Assembly (NCBI RefSeq): GCF_013122565.1 | Contig: NZ_CP053258.1 | DNA length: 64,000 nt | Direction: 5' to 3' (one strand) | Source: Escherichia coli | GTDB lineage: Bacteria; Pseudomonadota; Gammaproteobacteria; Enterobacterales; Enterobacteriaceae | Shown: positions 7,893 through 20,429 of the stretch, piece after piece | Numbering within the stretch: position 1 is the first letter of the stretch | Layout of the letters: every line of letters starts with the position of its first letter | Translations under genes and position numbers: made by a program | Notes under the pieces: model-generated | Database searches by the model: none | Told to the model about the DNA's origin: nothing | Seen by the model: only the letters and a program-made list of their open reading frames with translations

Positions 7893-10694
7893 TTATTCGA
7901 CGTTCAGCGCGTCATTAACCAGATCTTGTTGCTGTTTCTGGTGAACGGACATATACCCTACCGCCGGAGAGGCGGAGGCCGGGCGGCCTGCATAACGCAG
8001 AGAAGCCCCAAACGGAATCACTTCACGGAAATGATGCTGGCTGCAGTACCATGCGCCCTGGTTGAGCGGCTCTTCCTGGCACCAGACAAAATCCTTGACG
8101 TGAGCAAACTGCTGCAACACTTCCTGCATCGCTTTATGCGGGAACGGGTAGAGTTGCTCGATACGCACAATGGCGACATCGTGTTGATTGTTCTTACGAC
8201 GCTGTTCCAGCAGGTCGTAATAAACCTTACCAGAACACATCACTACGCGCTTCACGCCCTTCGGATCAAGCTCGTCGATTTCACCGATGGCTGGCAGGAA
8301 GGTGCCGTTCGCCAGTTCTTCGAGGCTGGAAACCGCCAGCGGATGACGCAGCAGGGATTTCGGCGACATCACGACCAGCGGACGACGCATCCCGCGCAGC
8401 GCCTGACGACGCAGCATGTGGTAAACCTGTGCCGGGGTAGACGGTACGCACACCTGCATGTTTTGCTCAGCGCAAAGTTGCAGATAACGTTCCAGACGCG
8501 CGGAGGAGTGCTCCGGCCCCTGCCCTTCGTAACCGTGTGGCAGCAACATCACCAGGCCACACATCCGGCCCCATTTCTGTTCGCCAGAGGAGATGAACTG
8601 GTCGATAACCACCTGAGCACCGTTAGCGAAGTCACCGAACTGCGCTTCCCAGATGGTCAGAGTGCGTGGTTCTGCGGTGGCATAACCGTATTCAAACGCC
8701 AGCACGGCTTCTTCAGACAGTACGGAGTCCCAGACACGGAACGCGCCCTGGCCGTTATGGATGTGTTGCAGCGGCGTGTAAGTGGAACCGTTAGACTGGT
8801 TGTGGATCACCGCGTGGCGGTGGAAGAAGGTACCGCGACCGGAGTCTTCACCCGACAGGCGAACCGGAATGCCTTCGTCAACCAGCGTGGCGTAAGCGAG
8901 GTTTTCCGCGCCGCCCCAGTCGAACAGTTTCTCACCGGCTGCCATCGCCTGGCGATCGCCATAAATCTTGGCAACGCGAGACTGCATTTCAACTGCTTCC
9001 GGCACCGTGCTGATGCGTTTAGCCAGTTCCTGCAGGCGCTTCATCTCAACTTTGTTCGGGTACTCTTCGTCCCATTCGTGGTTGAGGTACGGCGACCAGG
9101 TGAAGGAGTGCATGTTCATCGGACGCCACTCTGCTACCACGCAATCGCCAGCATCCAGCGCATCGCGGTACAGGTTAACCATCTCGGTGGCATCTTCCAG
9201 CGTCGCGACTTTTTCCTGCTCCAGCTTGTCTGCGTAGATTTTGCGCGGCGTTGGATGTTTTTTGATTTTCTGATACATCAGCGGCTGGGTTGCGCTCGGC
9301 TCGTCGGCTTCGTTGTGGCCGTGACGGCGGTAGCACACCAGGTCGATGAAGACATCACGTTTAAAGGTGTTACGGAAATCGAGCGCCAGACGGGTCACAA
9401 AGGCAACGGCTTCCGGATCATCCGCGTTAACGTGGAAAATCGGTGCCTGAACCATCTTACCGATATCAGTACAGTACGGCGTCGAACGTGCATCCAGCGG
9501 ATTAGAGGTGGTGAAGCCAACCTGGTTGTTGATAACGATACGTACCGTACCGCCAACTTCATAACCACGCGCTTTCGACATGTTCAGGGTTTCCTGAACC
9601 ACGCCCTGCCCGGTCACTGCGGCGTCACCGTGGATGGTGATTGGCAGCACTTTGTTGCTGCTCGGCTCATCGAGTCTGTCCAGACGGGCACGAACAGAAC
9701 CGATAACGACCGGGCTGACAATCTCAAGGTGAGACGGGTTAAACGCCAGCGCCAGGTGCACCAGGCCGCCATCGGTCTGGAAGTCAGACGAGAAGCCCAT
9801 GTGGTATTTCACGTCGCCTGTGCCGAGGTGTTCTTTATGTTTACCGGCAAACTCGTCGAACAAGTCTTGCGGTTTTTTACCCAGCACGTTCACCAGCACG
9901 TTCAGACGACCACGGTGCGCCATCCCGAGAACCACTTCGCGGGTGCCGCTGTTGCCCGCGTGGCGGATCATCTCTTTAAGCATCGGGATTAACGCGTCAC
10001 CGCCTTCCAGCGAGAAGCGTTTTGCGCCAGGGAATTTTGCGCCGAGGTAACGTTCAAGGCCTTCAGCGGCGGTCAGTTCGCTTAAGAAGCGTTTTTTCTC
10101 TTCGCTATTGAAAGTCGCGCGACCAGACTCGATACGCTGTTGGATCCAGCGTTTTTCTTCGGTGCTGGTAATGTGCATATACTCGGCGCCAATCGGGCCG
10201 CAGTAGGTTTGCTTCAGGGCTTCCAGCAGTTCACCGAGTTTCATGGTTTCTTTGCCGCTGGCAAATGAACCGACGTTGAAGGTCTCCTGGAAGTCTGCTT
10301 CGGTCAGATCGTGGAAAGACGGATCCAGATCGGCCACTTTATCTTGCTGCCACAGTCCCAGCGGATCGAGATTCGCATGCTGGTGACCACGGAAGCGGTA
10401 TGCGTTAATGAGCTGCAGGACTTTAACCTGCTTCACATTGGTGTCAGGGTCGGAGATCGTTGAAGAGTAACGTGAAGCGTCTTTCGCCAGGCGGCGGAAA
10501 TATTCACGCGTTTGAGAGTGGAATTGATCCGGTTTGACTCCCGTACCAGGTAACTGCTGGAACGTCGAACGCCAGTTAGCGTCAACCGAGTCAGGATCGG
10601 TTAAGAAGTCTTCATAGAGCTGTTCTATCCAGCTCTGGTTTGCGCCAGAGAGGTAAGAAGAGTCCAACCAGGCTTTCAAAGCGCTGTTCTGCAT
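7893..10694 (-). CDS. sucA: 2-oxoglutarate dehydrogenase E1 component
   Basis: 933 aa, [34 protein letters not shown]...; thiamine-diphosphate enzyme. Confidence 0.97.
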   Translation of the reverse strand: MQNSALKAWLDSSYLSGANQSWIEQLYEDFLTDPDSVDANWRSTFQQLPGTGVKPDQFHSQTREYFRRLAKDASRYSSTISDPDTNVKQVKVLQLINAYRFRGHQHANLDPLGLWQQDKVADLDPSFHDLTEADFQETFNVGSFASGKETMKLGELLEALKQTYCGPIGAEYMHITSTEEKRWIQQRIESGRATFNSEEKKRFLSELTAAEGLERYLGAKFPGAKRFSLEGGDALIPMLKEMIRHAGNSGTREVVLGMAHRGRLNVLVNVLGKKPQDLFDEFAGKHKEHLGTGDVKYHMGFSSDFQTDGGLVHLALAFNPSHLEIVSPVVIGSVRARLDRLDEPSSNKVLPITIHGDAAVTGQGVVQETLNMSKARGYEVGGTVRIVINNQVGFTTSNPLDARSTPYCTDIGKMVQAPIFHVNADDPEAVAFVTRLALDFRNTFKRDVFIDLVCYRRHGHNEADEPSATQPLMYQKIKKHPTPRKIYADKLEQEKVATLEDATEMVNLYRDALDAGDCVVAEWRPMNMHSFTWSPYLNHEWDEEYPNKVEMKRLQELAKRISTVPEAVEMQSRVAKIYGDRQAMAAGEKLFDWGGAENLAYATLVDEGIPVRLSGEDSGRGTFFHRHAVIHNQSNGSTYTPLQHIHNGQGAFRVWDSVLSEEAVLAFEYGYATAEPRTLTIWEAQFGDFANGAQVVIDQFISSGEQKWGRMCGLVMLLPHGYEGQGPEHSSARLERYLQLCAEQNMQVCVPSTPAQVYHMLRRQALRGMRRPLVVMSPKSLLRHPLAVSSLEELANGTFLPAIGEIDELDPKGVKRVVMCSGKVYYDLLEQRRKNNQHDVAIVRIEQLYPFPHKAMQEVLQQFAHVKDFVWCQEEPLNQGAWYCSQHHFREVIPFGASLRYAGRPASASPAVGYMSVHQKQQQDLVNDALNVE

Positions 10695-10873
10695 CGTGAT
10701 CCCTTAAGCATCTTTTTTATGCTTACTTCGCCGTGGATACTACCACGCACAGTGATGTGCGTGCCGGGGTTCACTTGCGAGCTCTTGTCTACGTAGTGGC
10801 TCGCGAAGGAACCTTTAAAAACTGTCTTAGTGTCAGGGGCAGTTTTTAAAGATTTCCTGCATTTCTTTGTTAC

Positions 10874-10992
10874 GCCTGATGCGCTGCGCTTATCAGGCCT
10901 ACGGGTAATGACGTGTAGGCCGGATAAGGCGTTCACGCCGCATCCGGCACTGGTTGCCTGATAAGACGCTTGAGCGTCTTATCAGGCCTACG
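10874..10992. repeat. REP cluster in the sdhB-sucA intergenic region
   Basis: Three REP units including two copies of CTTATCAGGCCTAC (10892-10902 and 10981-10991 contain ATCAGGCCTAC). Confidence 0.85.
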
Positions 10993-10994
10993 GT

Positions 10995-11711
10995 TTACGC
11001 ATTACGTTGCAACAACATCGACTTGATATGACCGATGGCGCGCGTCGGGTTCAGCCCCTTCGGACATACACTGACGCAGTTCATGATGCTGTGACAGCGG
11101 AATACACTGAATGCATCGCTCAAACCGTCGAGGCGGCTGTCAGTCTCGGTATCACGGCTATCGATCAGGAAACGATATGCCGCTAACAAGCCTGCCGGGC
11201 CGATAAACTTATCGGGATTCCACCAGAAAGACGGACAAGAGGTTGAACAACATGCGCAGAGAATACATTCATACAGCCCGTCGAGTTTTTCGCGCTGCTC
11301 TGGCATCTGTAAATGCTCGCGAGCTGGCGGATTTTGTTCATTATTCAACAGGTAAGGCTTAATTTTCTCATATTGCGCATAGAATTGTCCCATGTCTACC
11401 ACCAAATCGCGGATCACCGGTAAACCTGGCAGAGGGCGAATCACAATCTTCTTGCCCGGCTGGTTGAGTGCCGAAATTGGGGTAATACAGGCCAGACCAT
11501 TCTTGCCGTTCATGTTCAGACCGTCGGAACCGCACACACCTTCACGACAGGAGCGACGGAACGACAGGCTGGGATCTTTCTCTTTCAGCTGGATAAGCGC
11601 ATCCAGCAGCATCATGTCACGACCTTCTTCCGCTTCCAGGGTGTAATCCTGCATACGCGGAGCATCATCAACATCCGGGTTATAGCGATAAATTGAAAAC
11701 TCGAGTCTCAT
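10995..11711 (-). CDS. sdhB: Succinate dehydrogenase iron-sulfur subunit
   Basis: 238 aa, Cys clusters for the 2Fe-2S, 4Fe-4S and 3Fe-4S centres. Confidence 0.97.
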   Translation of the reverse strand: MRLEFSIYRYNPDVDDAPRMQDYTLEAEEGRDMMLLDALIQLKEKDPSLSFRRSCREGVCGSDGLNMNGKNGLACITPISALNQPGKKIVIRPLPGLPVIRDLVVDMGQFYAQYEKIKPYLLNNEQNPPAREHLQMPEQREKLDGLYECILCACCSTSCPSFWWNPDKFIGPAGLLAAYRFLIDSRDTETDSRLDGLSDAFSVFRCHSIMNCVSVCPKGLNPTRAIGHIKSMLLQRNA

Positions 11712-11726
11712 TTTCCTGTCTCCGCA

Positions 11727-13493
11727 TTAGTAAGTACGAATCTTCGGCGGGAATGCCGGACGCAGTTTCGGTTCCATGTTGACGCTTCGGCGCGTCATGG
11801 ATTCCGACTCTGGCAGATACAGGGAGTGGCACAGCCAGTTTTCATCATCACGATCCGGGAAGTCGAAGCGGCTATGCGCGCCACGGCTTTCGGTACGGAA
11901 GTTGGCAGAAACAGCCGTTGCATACGCCGTTTCCATCAGGTTATCCAGTTCCAGGCACTCAACGCGCTGGGTGTTGAACTCGCTGGAAGTGTCATCCAGA
12001 CGGGCATTTTTCAGACGCTCGCGGATAACTTTCAACTGCTCAAGCCCTTTCGCCATCGCATCACCTTCACGGAAGACCGAGAAGTTATGCTGCATACATT
12101 CTTGCAGCGCTTTACGAATCGCCACCGGATCTTCACCGTTACGATTATTGTTCCAGCGGTTCAGACGATCCAGAGATGCTTCAACATCAGACTCGCTGGC
12201 ATCGCGCAATGCGCCCTGCTCGGCGATAGACTCTTGCAGATGCAGACCCGCTGCGCGACCAAAGACCACCAGGTCCAGCAGCGAGTTGCCGCCCAGACGG
12301 TTAGCACCGTGTACCGATACGCAGGCAATTTCACCTACCGCGAACAGCCCCGGAACAACCACATCTTCGCCTTTCTCATTCACAGTCAGCGCCTGACCGG
12401 TAACTTTGGTCGGAATACCGCCCATCATGTAGTGACAGGTTGGGATAACCGGAATCGGCTCTTTCACCGGATCAACGTGAGCAAAGGTACGGGAAAGCTC
12501 CAGGATACCCGGCAGACGGGATTCGAGAACTTCTTTACCCAGGTGATCGAGTTTCAGTTTCGCGTGTGGCCCCCACGGACCATCACAGCCGCGACCTTCA
12601 CGGATTTCAATCATGATGGAACGCGCCACCACATCACGGCCCGCCAGGTCTTTGGCGTTCGGCGCATAACGCTCCATAAAGCGTTCGCCATGTTTGTTCA
12701 GCAGATAACCGCCTTCACCACGGCAACCTTCGGTGACCAGTACGCCCGCACCGGCAATGCCGGTCGGGTGGAATTGCCACATTTCCATATCCTGCACCGG
12801 TACGCCTGCGCGGATAGCCATGCCGACACCGTCACCGGTGTTAATGTGGGCGTTAGTGGTGGACTGATAAATACGCCCTGCCCCGCCAGTCGCCAGCACG
12901 GTAGCGCGGGCTTTGAAATAAACCACTTCACCGGTTTCGATGCACAGTGCGGTACAACCCACCACCGCGCCATCCTGGTTTTTCACCAGATCCAGCGCAT
13001 ACCACTCGGAGAAAATGGTGGTGTGGTTTTTCAGGTTCTGCTGATAAAGCGTGTGCAACAGTGCGTGACCGGTACGGTCAGCCGCTGCCGCAGTGCGTGC
13101 CGCCTGCTCGCCGCCGAAGTTTTTCGACTGACCGCCAAACGGACGTTGATAGATACGACCATCATCGAGACGCGAGAACGGCAGGCCCATGTGTTCCAGT
13201 TCCAGAATCGCTTCCGGCCCGGTTTTACACATATATTCAATCGCGTCCTGGTCACCGATATAGTCCGACCCTTTCACGGTGTCGTACATATGCCATTCCC
13301 AGTTATCTTCATGGGTATTACCCAGCGCAACGGTAATGCCGCCTTGCGCAGAAACGGTATGGGAACGGGTCGGGAAGACTTTAGAGAGCAGCGCACAGGT
13401 CTGGCCGCTCTGGGAAATTTGCAGCGCCGCGCGCATACCTGCGCCGCCGGCACCAATCACAACTGCATCAAATTCTCTGACTGGCAATTTCAT
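11727..13493 (-). CDS. sdhA: Succinate dehydrogenase flavoprotein subunit
   Basis: Start trimmed to [24 protein letters not shown] (FAD-binding GxGxxG); 588 aa. Confidence 0.97.
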   Translation of the reverse strand: MKLPVREFDAVVIGAGGAGMRAALQISQSGQTCALLSKVFPTRSHTVSAQGGITVALGNTHEDNWEWHMYDTVKGSDYIGDQDAIEYMCKTGPEAILELEHMGLPFSRLDDGRIYQRPFGGQSKNFGGEQAARTAAAADRTGHALLHTLYQQNLKNHTTIFSEWYALDLVKNQDGAVVGCTALCIETGEVVYFKARATVLATGGAGRIYQSTTNAHINTGDGVGMAIRAGVPVQDMEMWQFHPTGIAGAGVLVTEGCRGEGGYLLNKHGERFMERYAPNAKDLAGRDVVARSIMIEIREGRGCDGPWGPHAKLKLDHLGKEVLESRLPGILELSRTFAHVDPVKEPIPVIPTCHYMMGGIPTKVTGQALTVNEKGEDVVVPGLFAVGEIACVSVHGANRLGGNSLLDLVVFGRAAGLHLQESIAEQGALRDASESDVEASLDRLNRWNNNRNGEDPVAIRKALQECMQHNFSVFREGDAMAKGLEQLKVIRERLKNARLDDTSSEFNTQRVECLELDNLMETAYATAVSANFRTESRGAHSRFDFPDRDDENWLCHSLYLPESESMTRRSVNMEPKLRPAFPPKIRTY

Positions 13494-13840
13494 CACACAC
13501 CCCACACCACAACGAATCCATAAATCACGTAAACCACCAGTGCAACGACAATCACCAGTTGCAGCATCAGGCGCAAAGCCAGCGGTTTAACGTAGTCGGT
13601 CAACACCTGCCACATGCCGATCCAGGCATGGATCAAGATAGAAAACAGCGCCAGCAGGGTGAACACTTTGGTGAACGCAGAGGCGAAGAAACCGATCCAG
13701 ACTTCATATGTCAGTTCGCCACTGGTGGCGAAAAAACCGACCATATAAATGATGTAGAGCGTCAGGACGATAGCGGTAGCGCGAACGAGGATGAAATCAT
13801 GTACGCCATTGCGTCCTAATGCGGAGGCGTTGCTTACCAT
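13493..13840 (-). CDS. sdhD: Succinate dehydrogenase membrane anchor subunit
   Basis: 115 aa hydrophobic protein, [21 protein letters not shown]... Confidence 0.95.
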
Positions 13841-14223
13841 ACGAGGACTCCTGCGAGAAGTGAAAGCACGACAGTAATAACAAAGGAGATTTTGGCGGAG
13901 CGTTTACCCGCTTCGAATGTTTCTTCCAGATAGCCAAAATCCATCATCATGTGGCGAATACCTACGACGACGTGATACGCCAGAGCGGTAAGGATGCCCC
14001 ACATGATAAATTTGACGAAGAAGCTGCCCATAATCGCGGAAGCTTGCTCGAAACCTTCAGGGGAAGAGAGGCTGGTACCCAGAAGCCACAGCAGGATGCC
14101 CACAGCAACAAAGGTGATCACACCGGAAACGCGATGGAGAATGGACGCTATCGCCGTGATGGGGAACCGGATGGTCTGTAGGTCCAGATTAACAGGTCTT
14201 TGTTTTTTCACATTTCTTATCAT
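13834..14223 (-). CDS. sdhC: Succinate dehydrogenase cytochrome b556 subunit
   Basis: Start trimmed to [34 protein letters not shown] (129 aa). Confidence 0.95.
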
Positions 14224-14238
14224 GAATAACGCCCACAT

Positions 14239-14931
14239 GCTGTTCTTATTATTCCCTGGGGACTACGGGCACAGAGGTTAACTTTCTGTTACCTGGAGAC
14301 GTCGGGATTTCCTTCCTCCGGTCTGCTTGCGGGTCAGACAGCGTCCTTTCTATAACTGCGCGTCATGCAAAACACTGCTTCCAGATGCGAAAACGACACG
14401 TTACAACGCTGGGTGGCTCGGGATTGCAGGGTGTTCCGGAGACCTGGCGGCAGTATAGGCCGTTCACAAAATCATTACAATTAACCTACATATAGTTTGT
14501 CGGGTTTTATCCTGAACAGTGATCCAGGTCACGATAACAACATTTATTTAATTTTTAATCATCTAATTTGACAATCATTCAACAAAGTTGTTACAAACAT
14601 TACCAGGAAAAGCATATAATGCGTAAAAGTTATGAAGTCGGTATTTCACCTAAGATTAACTTATGTAACAGTGTGGAAGTATTGACCAATTCATTCGGGA
14701 CAGTTATTAGTGGTAGACAAGTTTAATAATTCGGATTGCTAAGTACTTGATTCGCCATTTATTCGTCATCAATGGATCCTTTACCTGCAAGCGCCCAGAG
14801 CTCTGTACCCAGGTTTTCCCCTCTTTCACAGAGCGGCGAGCCAAATAACAAACGGGTAAAGCCAGGTTGATGTGCGAAGGCAAATTTAAGTTCCGGCAGT
14901 CTTACGCAATAAGGCGCTAAGGAGACCTTAA
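14239..14931. promoter_or_regulatory. Divergent gltA / sdhCDAB-sucABCD control region
   Basis: 693-bp AT-rich intergenic region between divergent sdhC and gltA. By established knowledge it holds the gltA and sdhC promoters; individual sites are not resolved here. Confidence 0.5.
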
Positions 14932-16215
14932 ATGGCTGATACAAAAGCAAAACTCACCCTCAACGGGGACACAGCTGTTGAACTGGATGTGCTGAAAGGC
15001 ACGCTGGGTCAAGATGTTATTGATATCCGTACTCTCGGTTCAAAAGGTGTGTTCACCTTTGACCCAGGCTTCACTTCAACCGCATCCTGCGAATCTAAAA
15101 TTACTTTTATTGATGGTGATGAAGGTATTTTGCTGCACCGCGGTTTCCCGATCGATCAGCTGGCGACCGATTCTAACTACCTGGAAGTTTGTTACATCCT
15201 GCTGAATGGTGAAAAACCGACTCAGGAACAGTATGACGAATTTAAAACTACGGTGACCCGTCATACCATGATCCACGAGCAGATTACCCGTCTGTTCCAC
15301 GCTTTCCGTCGCGACTCACATCCAATGGCAGTCATGTGTGGTATTACCGGCGCGCTGGCGGCGTTCTATCACGACTCGCTGGATGTTAACAATCCTCGTC
15401 ATCGTGAAATTGCCGCGTTCCGCCTGCTGTCGAAAATGCCGACCATGGCAGCGATGTGTTACAAGTATTCCATTGGTCAGCCATTTGTTTATCCGCGCAA
15501 CGATCTCTCCTACGCCGGTAACTTCCTGAATATGATGTTCTCCACGCCGTGCGAACCGTATGAAGTTAATCCGATTCTGGAACGTGCTATGGACCGTATT
15601 CTGATCCTGCACGCTGACCATGAACAGAACGCCTCTACCTCCACCGTGCGTACTGCTGGCTCTTCGGGTGCGAACCCGTTTGCCTGTATCGCAGCAGGTA
15701 TTGCTTCACTGTGGGGACCTGCGCACGGTGGTGCTAACGAAGCGGCGCTGAAAATGCTGGAAGAAATCAGCTCCGTTAAACACATTCCGGAATTTGTTCG
15801 TCGTGCGAAAGACAAAAATGATTCTTTCCGCCTGATGGGCTTCGGTCACCGCGTGTACAAAAATTACGACCCGCGCGCCACCGTAATGCGTGAAACCTGC
15901 CATGAAGTGCTGAAAGAGCTGGGCACCAAAGATGACCTGCTGGAAGTGGCTATGGAGCTGGAAAACATCGCGCTGAACGACCCGTACTTTATCGAGAAGA
16001 AACTGTACCCGAACGTCGATTTCTACTCTGGTATCATCCTGAAAGCGATGGGTATTCCTTCTTCCATGTTCACCGTCATCTTCGCCATGGCCCGTACCGT
16101 TGGCTGGATCGCTCACTGGAGCGAAATGCACAGTGACGGCATGAAGATCGCCCGTCCGCGCCAGTTGTATACAGGATATGAAAAACGCGACTTTAAAAGC
16201 GATATCAAGCGTTAA
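14932..16215 (+). CDS. gltA: Citrate synthase
   Basis: 427 aa, [78 protein letters not shown]... Confidence 0.97.
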   Translation: MADTKAKLTLNGDTAVELDVLKGTLGQDVIDIRTLGSKGVFTFDPGFTSTASCESKITFIDGDEGILLHRGFPIDQLATDSNYLEVCYILLNGEKPTQEQYDEFKTTVTRHTMIHEQITRLFHAFRRDSHPMAVMCGITGALAAFYHDSLDVNNPRHREIAAFRLLSKMPTMAAMCYKYSIGQPFVYPRNDLSYAGNFLNMMFSTPCEPYEVNPILERAMDRILILHADHEQNASTSTVRTAGSSGANPFACIAAGIASLWGPAHGGANEAALKMLEEISSVKHIPEFVRRAKDKNDSFRLMGFGHRVYKNYDPRATVMRETCHEVLKELGTKDDLLEVAMELENIALNDPYFIEKKLYPNVDFYSGIILKAMGIPSSMFTVIFAMARTVGWIAHWSEMHSDGMKIARPRQLYTGYEKRDFKSDIKR

Positions 16216-16606
16216 TGGTTGATTGCTAAGTTGTAAATATTTTAACCCGCTGTTCATATGGCGGGTTAATTTTTATATGCCTAAATACAAATATTTGTAA
16301 AAATAAAATCCACTATCGGATATCCATATATTTTTAATAAAAATATATCGGTATGAATTATAAACAGTTCAGTGAACTTTAATCACCTATATTCCTGTCA
16401 GTCACATGAATAAATCACCAAACATAGCGCACCCCTATAATTTCCAATGGTTTATTCATTAAACAATTAATTCACGACATCAATTAATTACTTTTACATT
16501 TAATAAAATTAATAATATTTTTAAGAAAAACTAAAAACATTCGACAATCAAATAAGATATTCTTGCACCGATATACCTTTTTTCTTTTCTGTTAAAGGAC
16601 TCTGTT

Positions 16607-17173
16607 ATGTTTAAAGGACAAAAAACATTGGCCGCACTGGCCGTATCTCTGCTGTTCACTGCACCTGTTTATGCAGCTGATGAAGGATCCGGTGAAATTC
16701 ACTTTAAAGGTGAGGTTATTGAAGCGCCTTGTGAAATACATCAGGATGATATTGATAAAGAAGTTGAACTCGGTCAGGTGACCACCAGCCACATTAATCA
16801 AACTCATCACAGCGATGCCGTTGCTGTCGACCTGCGCTTGGTGAATTGCGATTTGGAAAACTCCAACAACGGTTCCGGTGACAAGATTTCTAAAGTTGCA
16901 GTCACCTTTGATAGCTCAGCGAAAACCACCGGCGCAGATCCGATTCTCAACAACACCAGCACGGGTGAAGCCACCGGCGTCGGCGTGCGTTTATTGAATA
17001 AAAATCAAACCAATATCGTTTTAGGCACCGCTGCTCCAGACATCGACCTGGCTCCGACCTCCAGCGAGCAAACGCTGAATTTCTTTGCCTGGATGGAACA
17101 AATTGATCAGGCAACACCAGTAACGCCAGGTGCAGTTACGGCGAATGCAACCTACGTGCTGGATTATAAATAA
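16607..17173 (+). CDS. ybgD: Fimbrial subunit (chaperone-usher fimbriae)
   Basis: 188 aa with signal peptide (MFKGQKTLAALAVSLLFTAPVYA) and fimbrial subunit C-terminal Y-x-L-x-Y-K-like pattern. Confidence 0.85.
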   Translation: MFKGQKTLAALAVSLLFTAPVYAADEGSGEIHFKGEVIEAPCEIHQDDIDKEVELGQVTTSHINQTHHSDAVAVDLRLVNCDLENSNNGSGDKISKVAVTFDSSAKTTGADPILNNTSTGEATGVGVRLLNKNQTNIVLGTAAPDIDLAPTSSEQTLNFFAWMEQIDQATPVTPGAVTANATYVLDYK

Positions 17174-17223
17174 GTATTACTTTGGCGGCGCTATCGCCGC
17201 CTTTCTTCAAATATTTATCAGGT

Positions 17224-19683
17224 ATGGACACCGTGAATATTTATCGACTCTCTTTTGTATCCTGCCTGGTCATGGCGATGCCTTCCGCATTAGCGGTCGA
17301 ATTCAACCTGAATGTCCTCGATAAATCGATGCGCGATCGTATTGATATATCATTATTAAAGGAAAAAGGTGTCATTGCTCCAGGCGAATATTTTGTTAGC
17401 GTTGCGGTAAATAATAACCAAATCAGTAACGGGCAAAAGATTAACTGGCAAAAAAATGACGATAAAACCATTCCGTGCATCAATGATTTACTGGTCGATA
17501 AATTTGGCTTAAAACCTGAAGTCCGTCAGTCGTTACCATTGATAAATCAGTGCATCGATTTTAGCTCCCGACCTGAAATGCTCTTCAATTTTGATCAGGC
17601 CAGTCAGCAACTGAATATCACCATTCCGCAGGCCTGGCTGGCGTGGCACTCAGATAACTGGACCCCACCCTCCACATGGAAAGAAGGTGTCGCCGGTGTC
17701 CTGATGGATTACAACTTGTTTGCTAGCAGCTACCGCCCACAGAATGGCAGCAGCAGCACTAATCTTAACGCCTACGGAACAGCAGGAATCAACACGGGGG
17801 CATGGCGCTTACGCAGTGATTACCAGTTGAATCAGACGGATAGCGATGATGACCATGAACAGTCAGGCGAAATATCACGTACCTATCTTTTTCGCCCGTT
17901 ACCGCAATTAGGTTCAAAATTAACCCTCGGCGAAACGGATTTTAGTTCCAATATTTTCGACGGTTTTTCTTATACCGGTGCGGCACTGGCGAGTGACGAT
18001 CGAATGTTGCCATGGGAACTACGCGGCTACGCTCCACAAATTAGCGGTATTGCACAGACCAATGCCACGGTGACGATCAGTCAATCAGGCCGCGTCATTT
18101 ACCAGAAAAAAGTCACACCAGGTCCGTTTATCATTGATGACCTTAATCAGTCCGTCCAGGGAACGCTGGATGTCAAAGTAACGGAAGAAGATGGTCGGGT
18201 GAACAATTTCCAGGTTTCGGCAGCATCGACGCCCTTCCTGACTCGCCAGGGACAGGTTCGCTATAAACTGGCCGCGGGTCAGCCACGGCCTTCCATGTCA
18301 CATCAAACTGAAAATGAAACCTTTTTTAGCAATGAAGTTTCCTGGGGGATGCTCTCCAACACCTCGCTGTACGGCGGCCTGCTGATTTCGGGTGATGACT
18401 ACCATTCTGCCGCAATGGGTATCGGGCAAAATATGCTGTGGCTTGGCGCGCTGTCGTTTGATGTCACCTGGGCCAGTAGCCATTTTGATACTCAGCAGGA
18501 CGAGCGGGGCTTAAGCTACCGATTTAACTACAGCAAACAAGTGGATACCACCAACAGCACGATTTCACTTGCCGCTTATCGTTTCTCCGATCGTCATTTT
18601 CACAGCTACGCCAACTATCTGGATCACAAATACAACGACAGCGATGCGCAGGACGAAAAACAGACAATCAGCTTATCCGTAGGCCAACCGATTACCCCAC
18701 TAAACCTCAATCTTTACGCCAACCTGTTGCATCAAACCTGGTGGAATGCAGACGCCTCCACGACCGCCAACATCACGGCAGGTTTTAATGTTGATATTGG
18801 TGACTGGAGAGATATCTCGATTTCGACGTCATTCAATACAACCCATTACGAAGATAAAGATCGCGATAACCAGATTTACCTGTCGATTTCGCTCCCCTTC
18901 GGTAACGGTGGCCGGGTTGGCTATGACATGCAAAACAGTAGCCACAGCACCACACACCGCATGTCGTGGAACGATACGCTGGATGAACGTAATAGCTGGG
19001 GCATGTCTGCCGGACTGCAATCCGACCGTCCGGACAGTGGAGCCCAGGTGAGCGGTAACTATCAGCACCTGAGTTCAGCGGGTGAGTGGGATATTTCTGG
19101 TACCTATGCCGCCAATGATTACAGTTCTGTAAGCAGCAGCTGGAGCGGTTCTTTCACCGCAACCCAATATGGTGCAGCGTTTCATCGCCGCAGCTCCACC
19201 AATGAACCACGCCTGATGGTCAGCACCGATGGCGTGGCAGATATTCCGGTTCAGGGCAATCTCGACTACACCAACCATTTTGGCATTGCGGTGGTGCCGT
19301 TGATTTCCAGTTACCAGCCTTCCACCGTGGCGGTGAACATGAATGACTTACCCGACGGCGTAACAGTTGCAGAAAACGTTATCAAAGAAACGTGGATTGA
19401 AGGCGCAATAGGTTACAAATCACTGGCTTCCCGTTCCGGTAAAGACGTTAACGTCATCATTCGCAACGCCAGCGGTCAGTTCCCTCCCCTCGGTGCGGAT
19501 ATCCGCCAGGATGACAGCGGCATTAGCGTGGGGATGGTTGGCGAGGAAGGACACGCCTGGTTAAGCGGAGTCGCTGAAAATCAAAAGTTTACCGTGGTCT
19601 GGGGTGATAGTCAGCGTTGCTCGATCCATCTTCCTGAACATATGGAAGACACCGCAAATCGCCTGATTTTACCTTGTCATTAA
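17224..19683 (+). CDS. ybgQ: Fimbrial outer-membrane usher
   Basis: About 820 aa, usher-family size and composition; start chosen at MDTVNIYRLSFVSCLVMAMPSALA. Confidence 0.85.
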   Translation: MDTVNIYRLSFVSCLVMAMPSALAVEFNLNVLDKSMRDRIDISLLKEKGVIAPGEYFVSVAVNNNQISNGQKINWQKNDDKTIPCINDLLVDKFGLKPEVRQSLPLINQCIDFSSRPEMLFNFDQASQQLNITIPQAWLAWHSDNWTPPSTWKEGVAGVLMDYNLFASSYRPQNGSSSTNLNAYGTAGINTGAWRLRSDYQLNQTDSDDDHEQSGEISRTYLFRPLPQLGSKLTLGETDFSSNIFDGFSYTGAALASDDRMLPWELRGYAPQISGIAQTNATVTISQSGRVIYQKKVTPGPFIIDDLNQSVQGTLDVKVTEEDGRVNNFQVSAASTPFLTRQGQVRYKLAAGQPRPSMSHQTENETFFSNEVSWGMLSNTSLYGGLLISGDDYHSAAMGIGQNMLWLGALSFDVTWASSHFDTQQDERGLSYRFNYSKQVDTTNSTISLAAYRFSDRHFHSYANYLDHKYNDSDAQDEKQTISLSVGQPITPLNLNLYANLLHQTWWNADASTTANITAGFNVDIGDWRDISISTSFNTTHYEDKDRDNQIYLSISLPFGNGGRVGYDMQNSSHSTTHRMSWNDTLDERNSWGMSAGLQSDRPDSGAQVSGNYQHLSSAGEWDISGTYAANDYSSVSSSWSGSFTATQYGAAFHRRSSTNEPRLMVSTDGVADIPVQGNLDYTNHFGIAVVPLISSYQPSTVAVNMNDLPDGVTVAENVIKETWIEGAIGYKSLASRSGKDVNVIIRNASGQFPPLGADIRQDDSGISVGMVGEEGHAWLSGVAENQKFTVVWGDSQRCSIHLPEHMEDTANRLILPCH

Positions 19684-19697
19684 TTAAGGAAATGAAA

Positions 19698-20429
19698 ATG
19701 ACATTTATGAAAGGACTTCCCCTTTTGTTGTTGGTAGCCAGTCTGTGCAGCCACGCAGCACTACAACCCGATCGTACTCGTATTGTGTTTAACGCTAATG
19801 ATAAAGCTACCAGTCTGCGAGTAGATAATCGTAGCGATAAACTCCCCTACCTCGCTTATTCCTGGCTCGAAAATGAAAAAGGGGAGAAAAGCGACGATCT
19901 TCTGGTCGCCCTGCCACCGATACAACGTCTGGAACCGAAAGCAACAACGCAGGTGCGGATAGTCAAGCAAGCCTCGACCGCGAAATTACCGGGCGATCGC
20001 GAAACGCTATTTTTCTACAATATACGTGAAATTCCTCCCGCCCCGGAAAAAAACAGCGACCATGCCGTTCTGCAGGTCGCCATCCAGAGCCGTATCAAGG
20101 TGTTCTGGCGACCGTCTGCGTTACGCAAGAAAGCAGGGGAAAAGGTCGAACTGCAGTTACAGGTCAGCCAGAATGGCAACCAACTTAGCTTAAAAAACCC
20201 GACCGGCTATTATCTGACAATCGCCTACCTGGGACGAAATGAGCAAGGCGTTCTCCCCGGCTTCAAAACCGTGATAGTTGCACCTTTTAGTACGGTCAGC
20301 ACTAATACCGGAAGCTATAGCGGCAGCCAGTTTTATCTCGGTTATATGGATGATTACGGCGCGTTACGCATGACGACGCTCAATTGTAGCGGACAATGCC
20401 GTTTACAAGCCGTGGAGGCGAAGAAATGA
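19698..20429 (+). CDS. ybgP: Fimbrial periplasmic chaperone
   Basis: About 243 aa PapD-like chaperone with signal peptide ([20 protein letters not shown]). Confidence 0.85.
   Translation: MTFMKGLPLLLLVASLCSHAALQPDRTRIVFNANDKATSLRVDNRSDKLPYLAYSWLENEKGEKSDDLLVALPPIQRLEPKATTQVRIVKQASTAKLPGDRETLFFYNIREIPPAPEKNSDHAVLQVAIQSRIKVFWRPSALRKKAGEKVELQLQVSQNGNQLSLKNPTGYYLTIAYLGRNEQGVLPGFKTVIVAPFSTVSTNTGSYSGSQFYLGYMDDYGALRMTTLNCSGQCRLQAVEAKK

Noticed and set aside
7680-9992. 770-aa ORF on the + strand
   Set aside because: Lies entirely antisense to sucA, which has unambiguous homology. Long stop-free antisense frames are common in GC-rich coding DNA.
11826-13523. 565-aa ORF on the + strand
   Set aside because: Antisense to sdhA; same reasoning, and no recognisable motifs.
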